Notes: a model not told the origin generated them from the letters alone. DNA of 64,000 nucleotides from an uncultured Actinomycetes bacterium (GCA_963762075.1 CAVXJC010000008.1:91543-155542); one strand, 5' to 3'; shown: positions 28,024-38,338, counted from the first letter of the stretch. Numbers and translations: made by a program.

Positions 28024-28401
28024 TCAGCTGCTTGCAGCACCGTCGCCGGCGCCGCTTCCGCCCCCGGCCTTCGGATCCTTCTTCAGCAGCTCTCTCGCCT
28101 TCTCGAGGAGGTCGCCGCCCGCTTCCACGGCCTTGTCCAACACGGGTTGGGCCTTCTCGACCAGCTCGCCCGCGGTCTCGCGAGCTTTGTCGAGCACAGG
28201 CTCGGCCTTGGCCGAGAGGTCGCCGGTCGCTTCCTTGGCCCTTTCGATCAGCGGCTCGGCCTTGTCGACCAATCCGCTCGCGGTCTCTGCGGCCTTGCCT
28301 GCCAGGTCGCTCGCGGTGCCCGCTGCCTTGCCCGCCAGCTCACTCGCGCTGTCCTTGGCTTTGTCGAGCTTGCCATGGTCCTTGTCCGACTCCTCGCCCA
28401 T
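28024..28401 (-). CDS. Small Ala/Lys/Glu-rich helical repeat protein
   Basis: GGGAGG RBS; three 11-aa then three 18-aa repeats ending in K. Confidence 0.75.
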   Translation of the reverse strand: MGEESDKDHGKLDKAKDSASELAGKAAGTASDLAGKAAETASGLVDKAEPLIERAKEATGDLSAKAEPVLDKARETAGELVEKAQPVLDKAVEAGGDLLEKARELLKKDPKAGGGSGAGDGAASS

Positions 28402-28495
28402 GGTGCCTCCCTGGTCGTGATGGCCGATCGTCCCGGCCCGATGTTCCGTGGCCCTTCATCGTCCCGGCGCCGGTGCGAGCCTGCAAACGCGCAGG

Positions 28496-29387
28496 TCACA
28501 GGCTCGATTCCGCTTGCGGGCCAAGCATCTGCGAGCGTTCGAGGAAGTCGCGCGCCCGCGTCGTCACGAGGTCGGGGCGGTCCGTCTCGACACCGTGCTC
28601 GAGCTCGTGCAGCGGCATGAGCGCGAACGAGAGCGCCGCCCGGATCGCGAAGCCGGCGTCGGGTTGGCCCCCGTACGCGGCGAGGGCTCGTTCGCCTTCC
28701 GACGGCATGGCGTGCACGAACCAGGCGAAGTCCCACGCCGGATCGCCCACGCCGATCTCCTCCCAGTCGATCACGCCGGCGAGATCGCCCGACGGCGTCA
28801 CGAGCACGTGCTCGGGAACGAGGTCGCCGTGGGTCACGCACGGAGCGAAGGCCCACGCTGCGTCGTCGTCGAAGATCCCCTCGATCGAAGCGTGCACGGC
28901 GCGAGCACCCTCGCCCGTGAGATACGGCGAGGCCAGCTCGCGCAGTCGCATCCAGCGCTCTCGCAGATCGTCACGCACCGCTCTCGCGGTCGTCACGCGC
29001 ATGCCCAGGAACTCCGGAGGCGCCATGTGCAGGTCGTAGAGGAACCGGCCGAGCCGCTCCGGCCATATGCCGTCGGCGCCCAGCTCGACGCACGGCACAC
29101 CCTCGATCGCCCGATACGCCATGCATACGGGGGTCGAGTGATGCCAGCTCGGGCATCGGCACCGCCGACGACACCTCGCCGGCGAGCTCGGGGAGCACCT
29201 CGATCTGGCGCCGCAGACGTTCTTCGGCGTACCGGGTGCGCGGAAGCTGCACGATCCACGAGTCGCCGGCGCGGTAGGTGTCGCATGTCCATCCACCCTC
29301 GATCGGCTGGAATCCTTCGAGGCTCAGCTCGGGGAACAGCCCTGCGACGAGGTCGCGCTGTGCCTCGATCCGTCCGGCATCACTCAC
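28496..29387 (-). pseudogene. APH-family phosphotransferase, frameshifted
   Basis: IEGGW..WIVQLPR in one frame; HGDLVPEHVL, GVIDWE, GDPAWDF in another; shift within the 5-base G/C run at 29129-29133. Confidence 0.85.
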
Positions 29388-30622
29388 CCCAACGGCTCCG
29401 GCGGTGCGAGAGAAGGATCGGCAGGCATGTCGTCGGCGGTCGTTACCGGTGCATCGAGCTCCGGACCGCGCAGGGCGAACCATGCGACGACCCCGCCCGA
29501 GAGCGCGAGGGCAGAGGCACCCGCGTAGAGGGTCATCGGGCCGGCTGTCTCGTACACGTACCCTCCGACCCCTGCCCCGATGATCGGTCCGAGCCCGAAC
29601 CCGACCATCTGGGCGACGGAGTTCCCCGTGGAGTACAGCGTCGACGGCAACAGGCGTCCGACGACGACCACGCTCGTCGTGAACAACATGCTGAACGCCA
29701 TGCCCTCGAGCATCGTGAGCAGCGAGACGATCGTCGGGTTCGAGATCGACCCCCAGAGCAGGAACCCGATCGCGTACACGGCGCACCCCAGCGCGTACAC
29801 GCGCCGTGCGCCGAACCTCGCCTGCAACCGGGAGCTCGATCGCATCATCGCGACCTCGACGAGCCCGCCGGCCGCGGTGCCGATGCCCACCAGCAGCGGG
29901 CCGCCGCCCTCGCTCGCGATCTTGAGCGCGATGAAGTTCCAAGCGGCGTTGAACCCGGTCCAGACGAGGAACACCGCTACGAGGAACCTCCAGAACCGGG
30001 GCGCCTCGTGGAACACGGCGCCCAGGGTGCCGAGCTTGCTTCCCTTCGTCGCCGCCTCGTGCCGAGGGGTGTCGCGCGGCACAGTGAACGACCAGGCGAA
30101 GACGAGCAGGCTCGCGAGGGCGTAGGCGGGCATGGCCCACCCGACGCCGGCCACCTGGAAGACCCACCCGAGCGTGAGGCACCCCGTCGCATAGGTGAGG
30201 CTTTCCCAGGAGCGGATCTTCCCGTACTCGCTCATGCGGTCGACGCCCAGATGCTCCAACGTGATCGCGTCGATGTTCGGACCCGTGCTCACCATCGCGG
30301 CGGCGAGCAGGAACCCGGCCACCGCGATCGCCGTGACGCTGTCGGCTCCCGCGAGCACGAGCCCGAAGCATCCGGACATGAACGCGCCGATCTGCAGGCA
30401 GGTACGCCGTCCGAGCGTGGCGTCGGCGAGATGTCCCCAGAGCGGGTTCAGCAGGATGCGCGCGATCGCCATGGCCGCGATCACCAGACCGATCTGACTT
30501 CCGCCGAGCCCCTTGCTGTCGAGGTAGAGCGCGAGGAACGGGAAGAACGCCGCGATCACGAAGCCGAACGTGAGGAACAGTCCGCGAACGGCGGCGTCGG
30601 GACGGATCTCCCGAGTGCTCAC
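29384..30622 (-). CDS. MFS transporter (MFS_1-like)
   Basis: PFLALYL, PLWGHLAD, YGKIRSW, about 12 TM segments. Confidence 0.9.
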   Translation of the reverse strand: MSTREIRPDAAVRGLFLTFGFVIAAFFPFLALYLDSKGLGGSQIGLVIAAMAIARILLNPLWGHLADATLGRRTCLQIGAFMSGCFGLVLAGADSVTAIAVAGFLLAAAMVSTGPNIDAITLEHLGVDRMSEYGKIRSWESLTYATGCLTLGWVFQVAGVGWAMPAYALASLLVFAWSFTVPRDTPRHEAATKGSKLGTLGAVFHEAPRFWRFLVAVFLVWTGFNAAWNFIALKIASEGGGPLLVGIGTAAGGLVEVAMMRSSSRLQARFGARRVYALGCAVYAIGFLLWGSISNPTIVSLLTMLEGMAFSMLFTTSVVVVGRLLPSTLYSTGNSVAQMVGFGLGPIIGAGVGGYVYETAGPMTLYAGASALALSGGVVAWFALRGPELDAPVTTADDMPADPSLAPPEPLG

Positions 30623-30632
30623 GCCGGCCACG

Positions 30633-31571
30633 CTAGGCCTGCCGCACGTCGGCCTGCGCGGCGAGCGTGGCCGCGCGAGCAGGGTCGAGCTTGCCGGCGC
30701 CGGGCATCTCCGCGTTCGCGGTCGCGGCACCGAGACCGAGCCGCAGGCTCGGCTCCCATTCGTCGCCTCGATCGAGCGCCGTGACGAGCCCGGCGAGGAA
30801 CGCGTCGCCGCTTCCGACCGGATACCGACCCCGAACGTAGAGTCGGCCCTCGTACATCGTGCCGTCGGGTGTCGCGAGCACGACGCCCTCGGCACCGCGC
30901 GTCACGACGCCGGCGTGGCCCTCACCGCCCGCGAGATCGCGGAGCTTCGCTGCGGCAGCGAGGGCGTCGTCGCGTCTGGAGGTCGGCACGCCGAGCAGGT
31001 CGGAGGCCTCGGAGGCGTTCACTTTCACGACGTCGGGGCTCGCCTCGAGCGCCAGTCGCAGCCGCTCCCCCTCGGCGTCGAGCGCAACGCGCACGCCCTC
31101 GACCCTGGCGTCCCTCACGAGATCGCGATAGCCGCTATCGGGGGCGCCCACCGGGGTCGAGCCGCTGATCGTGAGCCATGCGCCCGGCACCCATGTGGAC
31201 TCCACGGCGTGCAGCAGCTCGGCCCACGCCGCCGGCGGCACCCCGGCGCCGTGCTCGTAGAACTCGGTCAGCCCCCCGGTCTCACCGTCGGCGACCGAGA
31301 GCGACGACCGGTTCTCGCCGTGCGTCCATACCGCGCGCACCGAGACCCCCTCGGCGCCGAGCATCTCCTGGATCCACTTGCCCGTGTGCCCCCGGAGCAG
31401 CGCCACGGCGGTCGCCTTGGCACCGAGCGCGTGCGCTGCCCTCACGGCGTTGAGCCCCTTGCCGCCGGGCACCTGCACGAACCCGTCCGGGCGGTGGATG
31501 TTGCCGCGCACGAGCCGCGCGATCTCGAAGAGCTTGTCGACCGACGGGTTGGCGGCGAGGCAGACGATCAT
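30633..31571 (-). CDS. 1-phosphofructokinase-family hexose kinase
   Basis: NPSVD, GGKGLN, VKVNASE, PVGSGDAFLAG. Confidence 0.9.
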   Translation of the reverse strand: MIVCLAANPSVDKLFEIARLVRGNIHRPDGFVQVPGGKGLNAVRAAHALGAKATAVALLRGHTGKWIQEMLGAEGVSVRAVWTHGENRSSLSVADGETGGLTEFYEHGAGVPPAAWAELLHAVESTWVPGAWLTISGSTPVGAPDSGYRDLVRDARVEGVRVALDAEGERLRLALEASPDVVKVNASEASDLLGVPTSRRDDALAAAAKLRDLAGGEGHAGVVTRGAEGVVLATPDGTMYEGRLYVRGRYPVGSGDAFLAGLVTALDRGDEWEPSLRLGLGAATANAEMPGAGKLDPARAATLAAQADVRQA

Positions 31572-32503
31572 GCGGCGCTGCCTCGTTCCAGGGCGTCGAG
31601 CGCCTCTTGCAGCGTCGGCTGCGCGTCGACACCCCCGACCGCGCGCGTCGAGAGTGCCCCGCACACGTTCGCGAGCGCGAGGCACCGCTCGAGCGGCTCT
31701 CCGGCGAGCATGGCCGCCAGGAAGCCCGCGTCGAATGAGTCACCGGCGCCGGTGGTGTCGACCGCGTCGACCGGGGCCGCTGCGACGCGAAGATGCTCGC
31801 CGGGTCCCGATGCGACGGCCCCGCGGTCGCCGACCTTCACCGCGACCAGCGGTCCCCGGCTCCGCAACGCGGCGATCGCCGCGTCGAGGTCCGACGTGTG
31901 CGTGAGCAACGTGGCCTCGCTCTCGTTGGGAAAGAAGACGTCGATCGCGGGGAGCAATGCGCCCAGCCCTGAATCCCACTGCCCGCTCGGGTCCCAATTC
32001 GGATCGAGTGAGGTCTTCGCACCCGCGGCGCGCACACCGGCGAACAGCTCTGCCAGGTCGGGGGCGAGCGCTCCCTGCAGGAAGTAGGAGGACACGTGCA
32101 CGTGGCGCGCGCGGCGCAGGAGGCCGAGATCGATGAGCGAGGCTCGCAGGTCGCCGATCGTGCCCGACGACGTGAGCATCGCTCGGTCCCCCTCGGTCGA
32201 CAGCACCACCGTGAGGCCGGTCGAGCCATCGGGATCGACCACCAGACCCTCGACGCCGACGCCCCGCGCCGTGAGCTCGTCGAGCATGTACGACCCGAAG
32301 AGATCGTCGCCGACGACCCCCGCGATCGCGACGCGCAGACCGAGGCGCGCAGCCGCGCAGGCCATGATCGCACCCGATCCTCCGATCGTGAGCCGGGCCT
32401 CGTCGACGAGACGCTCGGCCTGCCCGAAGGCCGGCACGACGTCGCCGCCGCTCAGGACGAGATCGGGATTGGCGTCGCCGAGCACGAGCAGGTCGAGATC
32501 CAT
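31568..32503 (-). CDS. PfkB-family carbohydrate kinase
   Basis: GGSGAI, DPNWDP, PNESE, DTTGAGDSFDAG. Confidence 0.92.
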   Translation of the reverse strand: MDLDLLVLGDANPDLVLSGGDVVPAFGQAERLVDEARLTIGGSGAIMACAAARLGLRVAIAGVVGDDLFGSYMLDELTARGVGVEGLVVDPDGSTGLTVVLSTEGDRAMLTSSGTIGDLRASLIDLGLLRRARHVHVSSYFLQGALAPDLAELFAGVRAAGAKTSLDPNWDPSGQWDSGLGALLPAIDVFFPNESEATLLTHTSDLDAAIAALRSRGPLVAVKVGDRGAVASGPGEHLRVAAAPVDAVDTTGAGDSFDAGFLAAMLAGEPLERCLALANVCGALSTRAVGGVDAQPTLQEALDALERGSAA

Positions 32504-32576
32504 CGAGGTCCGAGCCTACCGACGCCGCTGCCCTCGTGAAGTCTCGCCGCTGCGCCTTCGTACGATGGGAGCCACG

Positions 32577-33089
32577 ATGGCGCCGCGGATCGTGCTCGTG
32601 CAGGGAGACATCACGACCCAGTCGGTCGATGCGATCGTGAACGCGGCGAACACGTCGCTGCGGGCCGGCGGTGGGGTCGACGGCGCGATCACGAGGGCGG
32701 CCGGGGCGGAAGCGCTCGCAGACCGCGAACGCGTGATCCGTGAGCGCGGACGCAACGCCCTCCCGACGGGCGAGGCCGTTGGCACGATCGCCGGCGACCT
32801 CGACGCCCGGTGGATCATCCACACCGTGGGACCGGTGTACTCGGGCACGCCACGCGACGCGGAGCTGCTCGAGCGCTGCCACCGATCGGTGCTCGAGGTC
32901 GCCGACGAGCTGCGTGCTCGCACGGTCGCGTTCCCGGCGATCTCGACCGGGGTCTACGGCTACCCCGTCGACGAGGCCGCCCCGATCGCGCTCGCGGCGG
33001 TCGCCGGGGCAGACACCGAGGTCGAAGAGGTCCGATTCGTGCTGTTCTCCGAGCGCGACCTCGCCGCCTTCCGGGCAGCACTCGGCTGA
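32577..33089 (+). CDS. Macrodomain O-acetyl-ADP-ribose deacetylase (YmdB-like)
   Basis: GDIT..DAIVNAAN..GGGVDGAI, IHTVGP, FPAISTGVYGYP. Confidence 0.93.
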   Translation: MAPRIVLVQGDITTQSVDAIVNAANTSLRAGGGVDGAITRAAGAEALADRERVIRERGRNALPTGEAVGTIAGDLDARWIIHTVGPVYSGTPRDAELLERCHRSVLEVADELRARTVAFPAISTGVYGYPVDEAAPIALAAVAGADTEVEEVRFVLFSERDLAAFRAALG

Positions 33090-33139
33090 GCACCGATCGC
33101 GGATGCGAGGACCCCGCTGGTAGCATCGCCTTCTTGCCC

Positions 33140-33490
33140 ATGAGCGACCAGACAACGAACGAAGACCTCACGAACGTGCGCGCGGTGCACGACCGGCTGG
33201 CCGATATCCAGCTCGTCGACTGCCGCGAGCTCTACGAGTGGGAAGCCGGTCGCGTCGAGAGCGCCATCTACCTGCCGCTGAACTCGATCATGGCGGGCGC
33301 CGGCGCGGACCTCGACCACGACACGCCCGTCGCGGTGATCTGCCGCACCGGCAATCGCAGCGAGCTCGCCACCATGATGCTGCAAGCTCGCGGCTTCGAG
33401 GCCTACAACGTCGAGGGCGGCATGGAAGCCTGGGCCGCCGAGGGCCTGCCGTACACCGCCGGCGACGGGTCGCCGGGCCGCGTCGCCTGA
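33140..33490 (+). CDS. Rhodanese-like domain protein
   Basis: VDCRE..EW, VICRTGNRS, NVEGGMEAW. Confidence 0.9.
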   Translation: MSDQTTNEDLTNVRAVHDRLADIQLVDCRELYEWEAGRVESAIYLPLNSIMAGAGADLDHDTPVAVICRTGNRSELATMMLQARGFEAYNVEGGMEAWAAEGLPYTAGDGSPGRVA

Positions 33491-33494
33491 GGCC

Positions 33495-33929
33495 CTACCC
33501 CTTCCAGCGGCGATAGACCGGCCGGTCGCCGTCGTAGGTCGTGCCGACCGCCTCCTCGACCGCGCAGGCGTAGACGGCGAGCTCGTACGGCGCTTCGTAC
33601 GGTCGCGCGATCGCACCCGGATGATCCGGTGAGACGCGCTCCATCCATCCGCGAACGAGGAACTCACCGCCTTCTCCTTCGTGATTCTCGGCTTCGATCG
33701 CCGAGTGCATCGCGTAGCGCCCGTCGAGGGCGACCTCGTCGTTCTTCGGGCTCCGCGCGCGGAACGCCACGAGCAGCAGGCCGGCCCCGAACCACGGCGA
33801 GACCGGATGCAGGCGGGGCGCGCCGTCGCGCCGGATCGTCGCGTGGAAGACGACCTTGCCCTCGAACAGCTCACGGCCGAACGTGGCGAGGTCCGGTTCC
33901 TGTATCTCGAGCTCGGCCCATGCACCCAC
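33495..33929 (-). CDS. Pyridoxamine 5'-phosphate oxidase-like (split barrel) protein
   Basis: ATIRRDGAPRLHPV, SPK..DGRYAMH. Confidence 0.78.
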   Translation of the reverse strand: MGAWAELEIQEPDLATFGRELFEGKVVFHATIRRDGAPRLHPVSPWFGAGLLLVAFRARSPKNDEVALDGRYAMHSAIEAENHEGEGGEFLVRGWMERVSPDHPGAIARPYEAPYELAVYACAVEEAVGTTYDGDRPVYRRWKG

Positions 33930-33951
33930 GACCGGACGGTAGCCTGCAACC

Positions 33952-35421
33952 ATGGCCGACGTCGACGGAGCGCGCCGCGAACTCGAAGCCGCGCTCGGCC
34001 CCGGCCCGGTGCTCGCGGACCCCCTCGCGCGTCGCCTCTATGCCCGCGACGCGTCGATGGTCGAGGGGGGATGCGCGCTCGTCGTGCTGCCGACCACCAC
34101 CGAGCAGGTCCAGGCGTGCGTGCGCATCGCCGCGGCGCACGGCCTTCCGATCGTTCCTCGGGGAAGCGGCACCGGGCTCGCCGGTGGCGCGACCCCGATG
34201 GGCGACGCGCTCGTCGTGGTGACCGCGCGCATGACCCGCATCGTCGAGGTGCGGCCCGAGGACCGCCTCGCGTGGGTGGAGCCCGGCGTGCCCAACCTCG
34301 ATCTCGCGAACCACCTGCGTGCGAGCGGGTTCACGTTCGCGCCCGATCCGTCGAGCCAGCAGACGTCCTCGATCGGCGGCAACGTGAGCACGAACGCGGG
34401 GGGCCCGCATTGCCTCGCCTACGGCGTCACGAGCGCACACGTGCTCGCGCTCGACGTGGTCATGCCCGATGGCTCGGTCGAACGAGTCGGCACGGAGGGC
34501 CCCGAGGCGGCCGGGTACGACCTGCGCGGGGTGGTCGTCGGCGGCGAGGGAACGCTCGGAGTCGTGACCCGGGTGTGCGTGCGCATCGTGCCCGTGCCGC
34601 CCGCGGTACGCACGATGCTCTTCGGCTTCGAGACCGTCGAGGCCTGCGCGGCCACGGTGACGTCGATCATCGGGCGAGGCGTCGTTCCGGCGGCGGTGGA
34701 GATGATGGATCGGGGCATCGTGCGCGCCGTCGAGCGCTTCGCCCACGCCGGCTACCCGGTTGACGCGGCGGCGGTGCTGCTCGTCGAGGTCGACGGCACC
34801 ACAGCCGGTGTCGAGGCGCAAGCGCACCAGGTCGAGGCCGCAGCACACGACCACGGGGTCTCGAGCGTGCGGGTCGCGGCCGACGACACGGAACGAGCCC
34901 TGTTGTGGAAAGGTCGCAAGTCCGCCTTCGGCGCCATCGCCCAGATCGCGCCGCACTACCACCTGCACGACTGCGTGGTGCCGCGCACCAAGCTCGTCGA
35001 CGTGATGCGCGGCGTCTACTCGATCGCCGAGCGCCACGGGCTGGTGGTCACGAACGTGTTCCACGCAGGTGATGGGAACCTGCACCCGCTCTTCTCGTTC
35101 GACCGCTCGGTCCCGGGAACGCTCGAGCGGGTGCTGCAGGCGAGCGACGAGGTCGTGCGCCTGTGCGTCGACGCTGGCGGCGCGCTCAGCGGCGAGCACG
35201 GCATCGGGCTCGAGAAGCGCGACTTCATGCCTCTCGTGTTCAGCGCAGAGGACCTCGACGCACAGGCGTGCGTGCGCGAGGCATTCGACCCTCACCGCCG
35301 CATGAACCCGCGGAAGGTCTTGCCCGACGGCGCCCGATGCGGGGAGTTCGCGATCGCAGCGGCGGGCACGGGCGATGCAACCGATGACGCGGCCGGCCTT
35401 CCGGAGGGTTCGTGGATCTGA
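33952..35421 (+). CDS. glcD: Glycolate oxidase GlcD-like FAD-linked subunit
   Basis: PRGSGTGLAGG, APDPSS, NAGGPHCLAYG, FHAGDGNLHP, GEHGIG. Confidence 0.88.
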   Translation: MADVDGARRELEAALGPGPVLADPLARRLYARDASMVEGGCALVVLPTTTEQVQACVRIAAAHGLPIVPRGSGTGLAGGATPMGDALVVVTARMTRIVEVRPEDRLAWVEPGVPNLDLANHLRASGFTFAPDPSSQQTSSIGGNVSTNAGGPHCLAYGVTSAHVLALDVVMPDGSVERVGTEGPEAAGYDLRGVVVGGEGTLGVVTRVCVRIVPVPPAVRTMLFGFETVEACAATVTSIIGRGVVPAAVEMMDRGIVRAVERFAHAGYPVDAAAVLLVEVDGTTAGVEAQAHQVEAAAHDHGVSSVRVAADDTERALLWKGRKSAFGAIAQIAPHYHLHDCVVPRTKLVDVMRGVYSIAERHGLVVTNVFHAGDGNLHPLFSFDRSVPGTLERVLQASDEVVRLCVDAGGALSGEHGIGLEKRDFMPLVFSAEDLDAQACVREAFDPHRRMNPRKVLPDGARCGEFAIAAAGTGDATDDAAGLPEGSWI

Positions 35422-36521
35422 TCCACCCACGCACGGTCACCGATGTCGCCGAGGCGCTCGGTCAGGCGAGCAGGCACGGGCGCCGCGTGCTCGTCGTCGG
35501 CGGACGCACCCACGTCGACAAGGGCAACCCGAGCGAGGTCGACGCGGAGCTCTGGACGACACAGCTCGACCAGGTCGTTGCCTACGACCCCGCGGAGATG
35601 CTCGTCGTCGTGCAGGCGGGCATGCGCTGCACCGCCCTCGCCGAGCTGCTCGCCGAGCACGGCCAGGAATGGCCGGCCGACTCGCCGCCCGACTCCACCG
35701 TAGGCGGCGTGATCGCGTCGGGCTCGTCGTGCGCTCGTCGCCTGCGCGTCGGCCCGATCCGCGACACCGTCGTCGAGATGGAGCTCGTCACCGGCGACGG
35801 GCGCACCGTGCACAGCGGCGCGCGCACCGTGAAGAACGTGACCGGATACGACCTGCACCGCCTCGCGACGGGCTCACTCGGCACCCTCGGCGTCATCACC
35901 CAGCTCGCGCTCAAGGTGCGGCCGCTCCCCCAGCGTTCCCTCACCCTCACCACGCCAGGCGATCTCGCGCTCGCGACCGCCATCGTTGCCGAAGCCCCGC
36001 TCGTGACCGGCGCGCTCGCGACTCCCGACAGGGTCGAAGTGCGGCTCGAGGGCTGGGCCGACGAGGTCGACGAGCTCGCCGCCATGGTGCGCCGCCTCGC
36101 CCCCGACACCGAGACCGCGAGTGACGACGGCGGGCCGTTCCCGTTCCCGTCCGCGCCCTGGTGGACCTGGCCAGTCAACGGCACGATCGTGGAGGCCGCG
36201 CTCGTCCCCTCGAAGCTCGGGCCGGCGCTGGCCGGACTCGAGGAGTATTCCGCCCTCGCCACCGTCGGCCTCGCATGGATCGCCGCATCGACCGACGAAG
36301 AGCTCGCCGCGATCCGCGCGAAGATCGAGAGAGCAGGCGGCATCGCGCCCGCGATCCGGGGACCCGGGGGGCTCGGCGCCGCAGCGATCGCCGCACCCGA
36401 CGTGCACCGGCGTCTCAGAGCGTCGTTCGACCCGGCCGACATCCTGGCGCCCGGTCGCAGCTGGGCGAGAGAGACCCGCGGGCCGGCTACACCAGCCGGC
36501 GATCGCTCGCCCAGCGGGTGA
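35412..36521 (+). CDS. glcE: Glycolate oxidase GlcE-like FAD-binding subunit
   Basis: YDPAEM, STVGG, VKNVTGYDL, GSLGTLG, FDP..ILAPGR; overlaps the glcD stop. Confidence 0.82.
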   Translation: MDLIHPRTVTDVAEALGQASRHGRRVLVVGGRTHVDKGNPSEVDAELWTTQLDQVVAYDPAEMLVVVQAGMRCTALAELLAEHGQEWPADSPPDSTVGGVIASGSSCARRLRVGPIRDTVVEMELVTGDGRTVHSGARTVKNVTGYDLHRLATGSLGTLGVITQLALKVRPLPQRSLTLTTPGDLALATAIVAEAPLVTGALATPDRVEVRLEGWADEVDELAAMVRRLAPDTETASDDGGPFPFPSAPWWTWPVNGTIVEAALVPSKLGPALAGLEEYSALATVGLAWIAASTDEELAAIRAKIERAGGIAPAIRGPGGLGAAAIAAPDVHRRLRASFDPADILAPGRSWARETRGPATPAGDRSPSG

Positions 36522-37125
36522 GCTCGTAACGGCTCGACAGTTGCAGCTTTCGAAGCACCGACGACACGTGAGTCTCGACCGTCCTCACCGAGATGTGCAG
36601 CTCTCGCGCGGCTTCCTTGTAGGCGTAGCCGCGCGCGATGAAGCGCAGCACCTCGCGCTCACGCGGGGTCAGCTGATCCAGCTCGGGGTCGATCTCACCT
36701 ACCGGCAGCGCCCCCGCGAAGGCGTCGAGCACGAAGCCCGCGAGGCGTGGGGAGAAGACTGCATCCCCGTCGTATACGCGCCTGATCGCCTCGGAGAGAT
36801 CGGAGGGTGCGATCGTCTTCGTCACGTAGCCGCGGGCGCCGGCTCGGATCACCGCGATGACATCATCTGCGGCGTCGGAGACCGAGAGGGCAAGGAAGCG
36901 GGTGTCCACCCCCGCGCGAGCGACCCCTTCGATCACCGCCGCACCTCCGCCGTCGGGAAGGTGCACGTCGAGCACCACCACGTCGGGCGCCGTCTCGGCG
37001 ATGCCGGCGACCGCGTCGAGGACCGTGCCCGCGTCGCCCACGACCTCGACGCCGTTTCGCAGCTCGGCTCTCACTCCCGAGCGGAACAGACCGTGGTCGT
37101 CGACCAGGTACACCCGGATCGTCAC
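36487..37125 (-). CDS. NarL/LuxR-family response regulator
   Basis: LVDDH, LDVHLP, GARGYVTK, LTPREREVL, TVETHVS. Confidence 0.95.
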   Translation of the reverse strand: MTIRVYLVDDHGLFRSGVRAELRNGVEVVGDAGTVLDAVAGIAETAPDVVVLDVHLPDGGGAAVIEGVARAGVDTRFLALSVSDAADDVIAVIRAGARGYVTKTIAPSDLSEAIRRVYDGDAVFSPRLAGFVLDAFAGALPVGEIDPELDQLTPREREVLRFIARGYAYKEAARELHISVRTVETHVSSVLRKLQLSSRYELTRWASDRRLV

Positions 37126-38303
37126 GATGCCGCTCTCGGCACCATGAGCCGGACCTCCGTGCCGCTGCCTTCGGTCGACGAGATCGACACCTCACCGCCG
37201 GAGCGTTCGATCCTTCCTTCGATGGAATCGGCGATGCCGCGCCGGTCGAGAGCCACCGCAGCTCGTTGGAAGCCGACGCCTTGATCGCGGATGAACGCGG
37301 TGATCCTCTCGGGCTCGACCTCGATGAACAGCGACACCGACCGCGCGCCCGAATGACGAGCGGCGTTGACGAGCGCCTCACGAGCCGCGGCGACGAGGGC
37401 GCCCGCCGCTGCGTCGATCGGCGCATCGCCGACGACGACCGACTCCACCGGCACGCCGTACTCGCGCTCGGCCTGGTCGACCACCGACTCGATCGCGGAC
37501 GCGAGCATGCTCGGCCCTGCGCTGGGCGCGCGTCCGTAGAGCCAACCTCGCAGCTCGCGTTCCTGGGTTCGAGCCAGGCTCGCCATGCGCCGGGGATCGT
37601 CGGCTCGCTGGATCAACGCGAGCGTCTGGAGCACGGAATCGTGCAGGTGGGCCGCGAGCGTTGCGCGTTCCTCGGATCGGATGCGATCCCTGCGCTCGAT
37701 CCTCACGTCCCTCGCCAGCCGCGTCATCCAGGGTCCGATCACGACTCCGACCACCAGCAGGGCAGCTGCCGCCGCGGCCGGCCCGTTCCACAGGAGCCCC
37801 GACCTGCGGCCGACGACGACGAAGACCACGACGCCGACGGCGATCAAGGCGGCTCCCGCCATGAACCGCACCGTGCCGGTCGAGCTCCGCGACAGCAGTC
37901 GCGCGAGGCGCGATCGGCCGAGCGTCGCGCGGGTCCACAGCACGATGGAACCGAAGACCGCCAGCGCCGCAGGAACCACGACGTCGTCGCCGAGCCACAG
38001 TCCGGCGGTGCGAAGGAGCAGCAGCGAACCCGCGAGCACGAACACGACCGCGATCGTCCGCCGCCCGCTCGCCGCGCGATCGCTAGGCGGTTCGCCCTCG
38101 GCCGGTTCGACCGATGCCACGATCGATGCCAAGTAGCAGATCGCGCCGACGCCGCCTGCGAGCGTCAGCAGCACGAAGCCGAGCCGCACGACGAGCGGAT
38201 CGACCCCCAAGCGTTCGCCGATGCCACCAGCCACGCCGAACAGCACACGGTCCCCGACGCTTCGACGAAGACGCCGGGACGACACCGAACGGGTCACGGC
38301 CAT
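37122..38303 (-). CDS. PspC-domain sensor histidine kinase
   Basis: DRVLFGVAGGIG (PspC), HLHDSVLQTL, EALVNAARHSG, DQGVGF. Confidence 0.92.
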   Translation of the reverse strand: MAVTRSVSSRRLRRSVGDRVLFGVAGGIGERLGVDPLVVRLGFVLLTLAGGVGAICYLASIVASVEPAEGEPPSDRAASGRRTIAVVFVLAGSLLLLRTAGLWLGDDVVVPAALAVFGSIVLWTRATLGRSRLARLLSRSSTGTVRFMAGAALIAVGVVVFVVVGRRSGLLWNGPAAAAAALLVVGVVIGPWMTRLARDVRIERRDRIRSEERATLAAHLHDSVLQTLALIQRADDPRRMASLARTQERELRGWLYGRAPSAGPSMLASAIESVVDQAEREYGVPVESVVVGDAPIDAAAGALVAAAREALVNAARHSGARSVSLFIEVEPERITAFIRDQGVGFQRAAVALDRRGIADSIEGRIERSGGEVSISSTEGSGTEVRLMVPRAAS

Positions 38304-38338
38304 GGGCGATGTTCGCACGCGACCCCCGTGGTCTGCCA

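Noticed and set aside
29129-29133. Phase-variable homopolymer or programmed frameshift
   Set aside because: The run is only 5 bases with no slippery heptamer; error or simple mutation is more likely
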